In this document: positions 38,201 through 49,900 of the stretch, one piece after another
Position numbering within the stretch: position 1 is the first letter of the stretch
Layout of the letters: each line of letters starts with the position of its first letter
Origin: Eledone cirrhosa
Lineage: Eukaryota
DNA: 64,000 nucleotides
NCBI GenBank assembly: GCA_964016885.1
Contig: OZ024744.1
Span: 5,146,001 to 5,210,000 of the forward strand
Reading direction: 5' to 3'
Translations under genes and position numbers: made by a program
The notes under the pieces: model-generated
The model's database searches: none
The model's input: only the letters and a program-made list of their open reading frames with translations
Told to the model about the DNA's origin: nothing

Positions 38201-41200
38201 AGAGGTCTATCTTGGTAGACAGTGGTGTTGGTAGCAGATGTCTATCTTGGTAGACAGTGGTGTTGGTAGCAGAGGTCTATCTTGGTAGACAGTGGTGTTG
38301 GTAGCAAATATCTATCTTGGTAGACAGTGGTGTTGGTAGCAGAGGTCTATGTTGGTAGACAGTGGTATTGGTAGCAGAGGTCTATCTTGGTAGACAGTGG
38401 TGTTGGTAGCAGAGGTCTATCTTGGTAGACAGTGGTGTTGGTAGCAGAGGTCTATCTTGGTAGACAGTGGTGTTGGTAGCAGAGGTCTATCTTGGTAGAC
38501 AGTGGTGTTGGTAGCAGAGGTCTATGTTGGTAGACAGTGAGGTTGGTAGCAGAGGTCTATGTTGGTAGACAGTGGTGTTGGTAGCAGAGGTCTATCTTGG
38601 TAGACAGTGGTGTTGGTAGAAGAGGTCTATGTTGGTAGACAGTGAGGTTGGTAGCAGAGGTCTATCTTGGTAGACAGTGAAGTTGGTAGCAGAGGTCTAT
38701 CTTGGTAGACAGTGAGGGTGGTAGCAGAGGTCTATCTCGGTAGACAGTGGTGTTCGTAGCAGAGGTCTATCTTGGTAGACAGTGGTGTTGGTAGCAGAGG
38801 TCTAACTTGGTAGACAGTGAGGTTGGTAGCAGAGGTCTATCTTGGTAGACAGTGGTGTTGGTAGCAGAGGTCTATCTTGGTAGACAGTGGGGTGGGTAGC
38901 AGAGGTCTATGTTGGTAGACAGTGGTGTTGGTAGCAGAGGTCTATGTTGGTAGACAGTGGTGTTGGTAGCAGAGGTCTATGTTGGTAGACAGTGGTGTTG
39001 GTAGCAGAGGTTAATCTTGGTAGACAGTGGTGTTGGTAGCAGAGATCTATCTTGGTAGACAGTAGTGTTGGTAGCAGAGGTCTATGTTGGTAGACAGTGG
39101 TGTTTGTAGCAGAGGTCTATGTTGGTAGACAGTGGTGTTGGAAGCAGAGGTCTATCTTAGTAGACAGTGGTGTTGGTACTGAGGTCTATGTTGGTAGACA
39201 GTGAGGTTGGTAGCAGAGGTCTATATTGGTAGACAGTGAGGTTGGTAGCAGAGGTATATCTTGGTAGACAGTGAGGTTGGTAGCAGAGCTCTATCTTGGT
39301 AGACAGTGGTGTTGGTAGCAGAGGTCTATCTTGGTAGACAGTGGTGTTGGTAGCAGAGGTCTATCTTGGTAGACAGTGGTGTTGGTAGCAGAGGTCTATG
39401 TTGGTAGACAGTGGTGTTGGTAGCAGAGGTATATCTTGGTAGGCAGTGGTGTTGGTAGCAGAGCTCTATCTTGGTAGACAGTGGTGTTGGTAGCAGAGGT
39501 CTTTCTTGGTAGACAGTGGTGTTGCTAGCAGAGGTCTATGTTGGTAGAAAGTGAGGTTGGTAGCTGAGATCTATGTTGGTAGACAGTGGTTTTGGTAGCA
39601 GAAGTCTATCTTGGTAGACAGTGAGGTTGGTAGCAGAGGTCTATCTTGGTAGACAGTGGTGTTGGTAGCAGAGGTCTATCTTGGTAGACAGTGGTGTTGG
39701 TAGCAGAGGTCTATCTTGGTAGACAGTGGTGTTGGTAGCAGAAGTCTATCTTGGTAGACAGTGGTGTTGGTAGCAGAGGTCTATCTTGGTAGACAGTGGT
39801 GTTGCTAGCAGAGGTCTATCTTGGTAGACAGTGGTGTTGCTAGCAAAGGTCTATGTCGGTAGACAGTGAGGTTGGTAGCAGAGGTCTATCTTGGTAGACA
39901 GTGAGGGTGGTTGCAGAGGTCTATCTTGGTAGACAGTGGTGTTGGTAGCAGAGGTCTAGCTTGGTAGACAGTGAGGTTGGTATCAGAGGTCTATCTTGGT
40001 AGACAGTGAGGTTGGTAGCAGAGGTCTATGTTGGTAGACAGTGGTGTTGGTAGCATAGGTCTATCTTGGTAGACAGTGGTGTTGGTAGCAGAGGTCTATG
40101 TTGGTAGACAGTGGTGTTGGTAGTAGAGGTCTATCTTGGTAGACAGTGGTGTTGGTAGCAGATGTCTATCTTGGTAGACAGTGGTGTTGGTAGCAGAGGT
40201 CTATCTTGGTAGACAGTGGTGTTGGTAGCAGATATCTATCTTGGTAGACAGTGGTGTTGGTAGCAGAGGTCTATGTTGGTAGACAGTGGTGTTGGTAGCA
40301 GAGGTCTATCTTGGTAGTCAGTGGTGTTGGTAGCAGAGGTCTATCTTGGTAGACAGTGGTGTTGGTAGCAGAGGTCTATGTTGGTAGACAGTGAGGTTGG
40401 TAGCAGAGGTCTATCTTGGTAGACAGTGGTGTTGGTAGCAGAGGTCTATGTTGGTAGACAGTGGTGTTGGTAGCAGAGGTCTATCTTGGTAGATAGTGAG
40501 GTTGGTAATAGAGGTCTATGTTGGTAGACATTGGTGTTGGTAGCAGAGTTCTATCTTGGTAGACAGTGGTGTTGGTAGCAGAGGTCTATGTTGGTAGACA
40601 GTGGTGTTGGTAATAGAGGTCTATCTTGGTAGACAGTGGTGTTGGTAGCAGATGTCTATCTTGGTAGACAGTGGTGTTGGTACCAGAGGTCTATCTTGGT
40701 AGACAGTGGTGTTGGTAGGAGAGGTCTATCTTGGTAGACAGTGGTGTTGGTAGCAGAGGTCTATCTTGGTAGAAAGTGGTGTTGGTAGGAGAGGTCTATC
40801 TTGGTAGACAGTGGTGTTGGTAGCAGAGGTCTATCTTGGTAGACAGTGGTGTTGGTAGCAGAGGTCTATATTGGTAGACAGTGGTGTTGGTAGCAGATGT
40901 CTATCTTGGTAGACAGTGGTGTTGGTAGCAGAGGTCTATCTTGGTAGACAGTGGTGGTGGTAGCAGAGGTCTATCTTGTTAGACAGTGTTGTTGGTAGCA
41001 GAGGTCTATCTTAGTAGACAGTGGTGTTGGTAGCAGAGGTCTATCCTGGTAGACAGTGGTGTTGGTAGCAGAGGTCTATCTTGGTAGACAGTAGTGTTGG
41101 TAGCAGAGGTCTATCTTGGTAGACAGTGGTGTTGGTAGCTGAGGTCTAACTTGGTAGACAGTGGTGTTGGTAGCAGAGGTCTATCTTAGTAGACAGTGGT

Positions 41201-43630
41201 TTGGTAGCAGAGGTCTACCTTGGTAGACAGTGGTGTCGGTAGCAGAGCTCTATCCTGGTAGACAGTGGTGTTGGTAGCAGAGGTCTATCTTGGTAGACAG
41301 TGAGGTTGGTAGCAGAGGTCTATGTTGGTAGACAGTGGTGTCGGTAGCAGAGCTCTATCTTGGTAGACAGTGGTGTTGGTAGCAGAAGTCTATCATGGTA
41401 GACAGTGAGGTTGGGAGCAGAGGTCTATGTTGGTAGACAGTGGTGTTGGTAGCAGAGGTCTATCTTGGTAGACAGTGGTGTTGGTAGCAGAGGTTTATCT
41501 TGGTAGACAGTGGTGTTGGTAGCAGAGGTCTATGTTGGTAGACAGTGGTGTTGGTAGCAGAGGTATATCTTGGTAGGCAGTGGTGTTGGTAGCAGAGCTC
41601 TATCTTGGTAGACAGTGGTGTTGGTAGCAGAGGTCTATCTTGGTAGACAGTGGTGTTGGTAGCAGAGGTCTTTCTTGGTAGACAGTGGTGTTGGTAGCAG
41701 AGGTCTATGTTGGTAGAAAGTGAGGTTGGTAGCAGAGGTCTATCTTGGTAGACAATGAGGTTGGTAGCAGAGGTCTATGTTGGTAGACAGTGGTGTTGGT
41801 AGCATAGGTCTATCTTGGTAGACAGTGGTGTTGGTAGCAGAGGTCTATGTTGGTAGACAGTGGTGTTGGTAGTAGAGGTCTATCTTGGTAGACAGTGGTG
41901 TTGGTAGCAGATGTCTATCTTGGTAGACAGTGGTGTTGGTAGCAGAGGTCTATCTTGGTAGACAGTGGTGTTGGTAGCAAATATCTATCTTGGTAGACAG
42001 TGTTGTTGGTAGCAGAGTTCTATGTTGGTAGACAGTGGTGTTGGTAGCAGAGGTCTATCTTGGTAGACAGTGAGGGTGGTTGCAGAGGTCTATCTTGGTA
42101 GACAGTGGTGTTGGTAGCAGAGGTCTATCTTGGTAGACAGTGAGGTTGGTATCAGAGGTCTATCTTGGTAGACAGGGAGGTTGGTAGCAGAGGTCTATGT
42201 TGGTAGACAGTGGTGTTGGTAGCATAGGTCTATCTTGGTAGACAGTGGTGTTGGTAGCAGAGGTCTATGCTGGTAGACAGTGGTGTTGGTAGTAGAGGTC
42301 TATCTTGGTAGACAGTGGTGTTGGTAGCAGATGTCTATCTTGGTAGACAGTGGTGTTGGTAGCAGAGGTTAATCTTGGTAGACAGTGGTGTTGGTAGCAG
42401 AGGTCTATGTTGGTAGACAGTGGTGTTGATAGCAGAGGTTAATCTTGGTAGACAGTGGTGTTGGTAGCAGAGGTCTATCTTGGTAGACAGTGGTGTTGGT
42501 AGAAGAGGTCTATCTTGGTAGACAGTGGTGTTGGTAGCAGAGATCTATGTTGGTAGACAGTGGTGTTGGTAGCAGAGGTCTATCTTAGTAGACAGTGGTG
42601 TTGGTAGCAGAGGTCTATCTTGGTAGACAGTGAAGTTGGTAGCAGAGGTCTATCTTGGTAGACAGTGAGGTTGGTAGCAGAGGTCTATCTTGGTAGACAG
42701 TGGTGTTGGTAGCAGAGGTCTATCTTGGTAGACAGTGAGGTTGGTAACAGAGGTCTATCTTGGTAGACAGTGGTGTTGTAGCAGAGGTCTATCTCGGTAG
42801 ACAGTGAAGTTGGTAGCAGAGGTCTATGCTGGTAGACAGTGGTGTTGGTAGCAGAGGTCTATCTTGGTAGACAGTGGTGTTGGTAGCAGAGGTCTATCTT
42901 GGTAGACAGTGCTGTTGGTAGCAGAGGTCTATGTTGGTAGACAGTGAGGTTGGTAGCAGAGGTCTATCTTGGTAGACAGTGGTGTTGGTAGCAGAGGTCT
43001 ATATTGGTAGACAGTGGTGTTGGTAGCAGATGTCTATCTTGGTAGACAGTGGTGTTGGTAGCAGAGGTCTATCTTGGTAGACAGTGGTGGTGGTAGCAGA
43101 GGTCTATCTTGTTAGACAGTGTTGTTGGTAGCAGAGGTCTATCTTAGTAGACAGTGGTGTTGGTAGCAGAGGTCTATCCTGGTAGACAGTGGCGTTGGTA
43201 GCAGAGGTCTATCTTGGTAGACAGTAGTGTTGGTAGCAGAGGTCTATCTTGGTAGACAGTGGTGTTGGTAGCTGAGGTCTAACTTGGTAGACAGTGGTGT
43301 TGGTAGCAGAGGTCTATCTTAGTAGACAGTGGTGTTGGTAGCAGAGGTCTACCTTGGTAGACAGTGGTGTCGGTAGCAGAGCTCTATCCTGGTAGACAGT
43401 GGTGTTGGTAGCAGAGGTCTATCTTGGTAGACAGTGAGGTTGGTAGCAGAGGTCTATGTTGGTAGACAGTGGTGTCGGTAGCAGAGCTCTATCTTGGTAG
43501 ACAGTGGTGTTGGTAGCAGAAGTCTATCTTGGTAGACAGTGAGGTTGGGAGCAGAGGTCTATGTTGGTAGACAGTGGTGTTGGTAGCAGAGGTCTATCTT
43601 GGTAGACAGTGGTGTTGGTAGGAGAGGTCT
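26100..43630. repeat. Higher-order block B, copy 1 (~17.5 kb); near-identical to ~44000-62450
   Basis: Marker pairs: GCTTTT 27906/45781, AGCGGTG 29161/47036 and ATAGATCCAT 29946/47821 (offset 17,875); GAGGTCTAGC 39951/57966 and TACCAGAG 40681/58696 (offset 18,015); GGCGTTGG 43191/62011 (offset 18,820). Confidence 0.9.
31630..39620. repeat. Tandem duplication of a ~4.0 kb (114-115 monomer) unit nested in block B; repeated again at ~49510-57640
   Basis: GGACTATG at 31662/35650 and GGAAAGG at 33056/37044 are offset by 3,988. GGTACTGAGG at 35152/39175 is offset by 4,023, one monomer more. Confidence 0.85.
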
Positions 43631-43999
43631 ATCTTGGTAGACAGTGGTGTTGGTAGCAGAGGTCTATCTTGGTAGACAGTGGTGTTGGTAGCAGAGGTCT
43701 ATGTTGGTAGACAGTGAGGTTGGTAGCAGAGGTCTATGTTGGTAGACAGTGGTGTTGGTAGCAGAGGTCTATCTTGGTAGACAGTGGTGTTGGTAGAAGA
43801 GGTCTATGTTGGTAGACAGTGAGGTTGGTAGCAGAGGTCTATCTTGGTAGACAGTGAGGTTGGTAGCAGAGGTCTATCTTGGTAGACAGTGGTGGTGGTA
43901 GCAGAGGTCTATGTTGGTAGACAGTGAGGTTGGTAACATAGGTCTATCTTGGTAGACAGTGAGGTTGGTAGCAGAGGTCTATCTTGGTAGACAGTGGTG

Positions 44000-46900
44000 G
44001 TGGTAGCAGAGGTCTATCTTGGTAGACAGTGGTGTTGGTAGCCGAGGTCTATCTTGGTAGACAATCAGGGTGGTAGCAGAGGTCTATGTTGGTAGACAGT
44101 GGTGTTGGTAGCAGAGGTCTATGTTGGTAGACAGTGGTGTTGGTAGCAGAGGTCTATCTTGGTAGATAGTGGTGTTGGTAGCAGAGGTCTATGTTGGTAG
44201 ACAGTGAGGTTGGTAACATAGGTCTATCTTGGTAGACAGTGAGGTTGGTAGCAGAGGTCTATCTTGGTAGACAGTGAGGGTGGTAGCAGAGGTCTATCTT
44301 GGTAGACAGTGGTGTTGGTAGCAGAGGTCTATGTTGGTAGACAGTGGTGTTTTTAGCAGAGGTTAATCTTGGTAGACAGTGGTGTTGGTAGCAGAGGTCT
44401 ATCTTGGTAGACAGTGGTGTTGGTAGCAGAGGTCTATCTTGGTAGACAGTGGTGTTGGTAGCAGAGGTCTATCTTGGTAGACAGTGGTGTTGGTAGCAGA
44501 GGTCTATGTTGGTAGACAGTGAGGTTGGTAGCAGAGGTCTATGTTGGTAGACAGTGGTGTTGGTAGCAGAGGTCTATCTTGGTAGACAGTGGTGTTGGTA
44601 GAAGAGGTCTATGTTGGTAGACAGTGAGGTTGGTAGCAGAGGTCTATCTTGGTAGACAGTGAGGTTGGTAGCAGAGGTCTATCTTGGTAGACAGTGGTGG
44701 TGGTAGCAGAGGTCTATCTTGGTAGACAGTGGTGTTGGTAGCCGAGGTCTATCTTGGTAGACAATCAGGGTGGTAGCAGAGGTCTATGTTGGTAGACAGT
44801 GGTGTTGGTAGCAGAGGTCTATGTTGGTAGACAGTGGTGTTGGTAGCAGAGGTCTATCTTGGTAGACAGTGGTGTTGGTAGCAGAGGTCTATCTTGGTAG
44901 ACAGTGGTGTTGGTAGCCGAGGTCTATCTTGGTAGACAATCAGGGTGGTAGCAGAGGTCTATGTTGGTAGACAGTGGTGTTGGTAGCAGAGGTCTATGTT
45001 GGTAGACAGTGGTGTTGGTAGCAGAGGTCTATGTTGGTAGACAGTGGTGTTTTTAGCAGAGGTTAATCTTGGTAGACAGTGGTGTTGGTAGCAGAGGTCT
45101 ATCTTGGTAGACAGTGGTGTTGGTAGCAGAGGTCTATCTTGGTAGACAGTGGTGTTGGTAGCAGAGGTCTATCTTGGTAGACAGTGGTGTTGGTAGCAGA
45201 GGTCTATGTTGGTAGACAGTGAGGTTGGTAGCAGAGGTCTATGTTGGTAGACAGTGGTGTTGGTAGCAGAGGTCTATCTTGGTAGACAGTGGTGTTGGTA
45301 GAAGAGGTCTATGTTGGTAGACAGTGAGGTTGGTAGCAGAGGTCTATCTTGGTAGACAGTGAGGTTGGTAGCAGAGGTCTATCTTGGTAGACAGTGGTGG
45401 TGGTAGCAGAGGTCTATCTTGGTAGACAGTGGTGTTGGTAGCCGAGGTCTATCTTGGTAGACAATCAGGGTGGTAGCAGAGGTCTATGTTGGTAGACAGT
45501 GGTGTTGGTAGCAGAGGTCTATGTTGGTAGACAGTGGTGTTGGTAGCAGAGGTCTATCTTGGTAGACAGTGGTGTTGGTAGCAGAGGTCTATCTTGGTAG
45601 ACAGTGGTGTTGGTAGCCGAGGTCTATCTTGGTAGACAATCAGGGTGGTAGCAGAGGTCTATGTTGGTAGACAGTGGTGTTGGTAGCAGAGGTCTATGTT
45701 GGTAGACAGTGGTGTTGGTAGCAGAGGTCTATCTTGGTAGACAGTGGTGTTGGTAGCAGAGGTCTATCTTGGTAGACAGTGCTTTTGGTAGCAGAGGTCT
45801 ATATTGGTAGACAGTGGTGTTGGTAGTAGAGGTATATCTTGGTAGACAGTGGTGTTGGTAGCAGATGTCTATCTTGGTAGACAGTGGTGTTGGTAGCAGA
45901 GGTCTATCTTGGTAGACAGTGGTGTTGGTAGCAGAGGTATATCTTGGTAGACAGTGAGGTTGGTAGCAGAGGTCTATCTTGGTAGACAGTGGTGTTGGTA
46001 GCAGAGGTCTATCTTAGTAGACAGTGGTGTTGGTAGCAGATGTCTATCTTGGTAGACAGTGAGGTTGGTAGTAGAGGTCTATGTTGGTAGACAGTGGTGT
46101 TGGTAGCAGAGGTCTATCTTGGTAGACAGTGGTGTTGGTAGCAGAGGTCTATCTTGGTAGACAGTGGTGTTGGTAGCAGAGGTCTATGTTGGTAGACAGT
46201 GGTGGTGGTAGCAAGGTCTATCTTGGTAGACAGTGGTGTTGGTAGCAGAGGTCTATCTTGGTAGACAGTGTTGTTGGAAGCAGAGGTCTATCTTGGTAGA
46301 CAGTGGTGTTGGTAGCAGACATCTATCTTGGTAGACAGTGGTGTTGGTAACAGATGTCTATCTTGGTAGACAGTGGTGTTGGTAGCAGACATCTATCTTG
46401 GTAGGCAGTGGTGTTGGTAGCAGAGGTCTATCTTGGTAGACAGTGGTGTTGGTAGCAGAGGTCTATCTTGGTAGACAGTGGTGTTGGTAGCAGAGGTCTA
46501 TCTTGGTAGACAGTGGTGTTGGAAGCAGAGGTCTATCTTGGTTGACAGTGGTGTTGGTAGCAGAGGTCTATCTTGGTTGACAGTGGTATTGGTAGCAGAG
46601 GTCTATCTTAGTAGACAGTGGTGTTGGTAACAGAGGTCTATCTTGGTAGACAGTGGTGTTGGTAGCAGAGGTATATCTTGGTAGACAGTGGTGTTGGTAG
46701 CAGAGGTCTATCTTGGTTGACAGTGGTATTGGTAGCAGAGGTCTATCTTAGTAGACAGTGGTGTTGGTAACAGAGGTCTATCTTGGTAGACAGTGGTGTT
46801 GGTAGCAGAGGTATATCTTGGTAGACAGTGGTGTTGGTAGCAGAATCTATCTTGGTAGACAGTGGTGTTGGTCGCAGAGGTCTATCTTGGTAGACAGTGA

Positions 46901-49900
46901 GGTTGGTAGCAGAGGTATATCTTGGTAGACAGTGGTGTTGGTAGCAGAGGTCTATCTTGGTAGACAGTGATGTTGGTAGAAGAGGTCTATGTTGGTAGAA
47001 AGTGAGGTTGGTAGCAGAGGTCTATCTTGGTAGACAGCGGTGTTGGTAGCAGAGGTTTATATTGGTAGACAGTGGTGTTGGTAGCAGAGGTTTATCTTGG
47101 TAGACATTGAGGTTGGTAGCAGAGGTCTATCTTGGTAGACAGTGGTGTTGGTAGCAGAGGTCTATGTTGGTAGACAGTGGTGTTGGTAGCAGAGGTCTAT
47201 CTTGGTAGACAGTGGTGTTGGTAGCAGATGTCTATATTGGTAGACAGTGGTGTTGGTAGCAGAGGTCTATCTTGGTAGACAGTGAGGTTGGTAGCAGAGG
47301 TCTATCTTCGTAGACAGTGAGGTTGGTAGCAGAGGTCTATCTTGGTAGACAGTGGTGTTGGTAGCAGAGGTCTATGTTGGTAGACAGTGAGGTTGGTAGC
47401 AGAGGTCTATCTTGGTAGACAGTGAAGTTGGTAGCAGAGGTCTATCTTGGTAGACAGTGAGGGTGGTAGCAGAGGTCTATCTTGGTAGACAGTGGTGTTC
47501 GTAGCAGAGGTCTATCTTGGTAGACAGTGGTGTTGGTAGCAGAGGTCTATCTTGGTAGACAGTGAGGTTGGTAGCAGAGGTCTATCTTGGTAGACAGTGG
47601 TGTTGGTAGCAGAGGTCTATCTTGGTAGACAGTGGGGTGGGTAGCAGAGGTCTATCTTGGTAGACAGTGGTGTTGGTAGCAGAGGTCTATCTTGGTAGAC
47701 AGTGGTGTTGGTAGCAGAGGTCTATGTTGGTAGACAGTGGTGTTGGTAGCAGAGGTTAATCTTGGTAGACAGTGGTGTTGGTAGCAGAGGTCTATCTTGG
47801 TAGACAGTGGTGTTGGTAGCATAGATCCATCTTGGTAGACAGTAGTGTTGGTAGCAGAGGTCTATGTTGGTAGACAGTGGTGTTTGTAGCAGAGGTCTAT
47901 GTTGGTAGACAGTGGTGTTGGAAGCAGAGGTCTATCTTAGTAGACAGTGGTGTGGTACATAGGTCTATGTTGGTAGACAGTGAGGTTGGTAGCAGAGGTC
48001 TATATTGGTAGACAGTGAGGTTGGTAGCAGAGGTCTATCTTGGTAGACAGTGAGGTTGGTAGCAGAGCTCTATCTTGGTAGAAAGTGGTGTTGGTAGCAG
48101 AGGTCTATGTTGGTAGACAGTGGTGTTGGTAGCAGAGGTTTATCTTGGTAGACAGTGGTGTTGGTAGCAGAGGTCTATGTTGGTAGACAGTGGTGTTGGT
48201 AGCAGAGGTATATCTTGGTAGGCAGTGGTGTTGGTAGCAGAGCTCTATCTTGGTAGACAGTGGTGTTGGTAGCAGAGGTCTTTCTTGGTAGACAGTGGTG
48301 TTGCTAGCAGAGGTCTATGTTGGTAGAAAGTGAGGTTGGTAGCTGAGATCTATGTTGGTAGACAGTGGTGTTGGTAGCAGAAGTCTATCTTGGTAGACAG
48401 TGAGGTTGGTAGCAGAGGTCTATCTTGGTAGACAGTGGTGTTGGTAGCAGAGGTCTATCTTGGTAGACAGTGGTGTTGGTAGCAGAAGTCTATCTTGGTA
48501 GACAGTGGTGTTGGTAGCAGAGGTCTATCTTGGTAGACAGTGGTGTTGCTAGCAGAGGTCTATCTTGGTAGACAGTGGTGTTGCTAGCAAAGGTCTATGT
48601 TGATAGACAGTGAGGTTGGTAGCAGAGGTCTATCTTGGTAGACAGTGAGGGTGGTTGCAGAGGTCTATCTTGGTAGACAGTGGTGTTGGTAGCAGAGGTC
48701 TATCTTGGTAGACAGTGAGGTTGGTATCAGAGGTCTATCTTGGTAGACAGTGAGGTTGGTAGCAGAGGTCTATGTTGGTAGACAGTGGTGTTGGTAGCAT
48801 AGGTCTATCTTGGTAGACAGTGGTGTTGGTAGCAGAGGTCTATGTTGGTAGACAGTGGTGTTGGTAGTAGAGGTCTATCTTGGTAGACAGTGGTGTTGGT
48901 AGCAGATGTCTATCTTGGTAGACAGTGGTGTTGGTAGCAGAGGTCTATCTTGGTAGACAGTGGTGTTGGTAGCAGATATCTATCTTGGTAGACAGTGGTG
49001 TTGGTAGCAGAGGTCTATGTTGGTAGACAGTGGTGTTGGTAGCAGAGGTCTATCTTGGTAGTCAGTGGTGTTGGTAGCAGAGGTCTATCTTGGTAGACAG
49101 TGGTGTTGGTAGCAGAGGTCTATGTTGGTAGACAGTGAGGTTGGTAGCAGAGGTCTATCTTGGTAGACAGTGGTGTTGGTAGAAGAGGTCTATCTTGGTA
49201 GACAGTGAGGTTGGTAGCAGATGTCTATCTTGGTAGACAGTGGTGTTGGTAGCAGAGATCTATCTTGGTAGACAGTGAGGTTGGTAGCAGAGGTCTATCT
49301 TGGTAGACAGTGGTGTTGGTAGCAGAGGTCTATCTTGGTAGACAGTGGTGTTGGTAGCAGAGGTCTATGTTGGTAGACAGTGGTGTTGATAGCAGAGGTT
49401 AATCTTGGTAGACAGTGGTGTTGGTAGCAGAGGTCTATCTTGGTAGACAGTGGTGTTGGTCGCAGAGGTCTATCTTGGTAGACAGTGGTGTTGGTAGCAG
49501 AGGTCTATGTTGGTAGACAGTGGTGTTTGTAGCAGAGGACTATGTTGGTAGACAGTGGTGTTGGTAGCAGAGGTCTATCTTGGTAGACATTGAGGTTGGT
49601 AGCAGAGGTCTATCTTGGTAGACAGTGGTGTTGGTAGCAGAGATCTATGTTGGTAGACAGTGGTGTTGGTAGCAGAGGTCTATCTTAGTAGACAGTGGTG
49701 TTGGTAGCAGAGGTCTATCTTGGTAGACAGTGAAGTTGGTAGCAGAGGTCTATCTTGGTAGACAGTGAGGTTGGTAGCAGAGGTCTATCTTGGTAGACAG
49801 TGGTGTTGGTAGCAGAGGTCTATCTTGGTAGACAGTGAGGTTGGTAACAGAGGTCTATCTTGGTAGACAGTGGTGTTGTAGCAGAGGTCTATCTCGGTAG

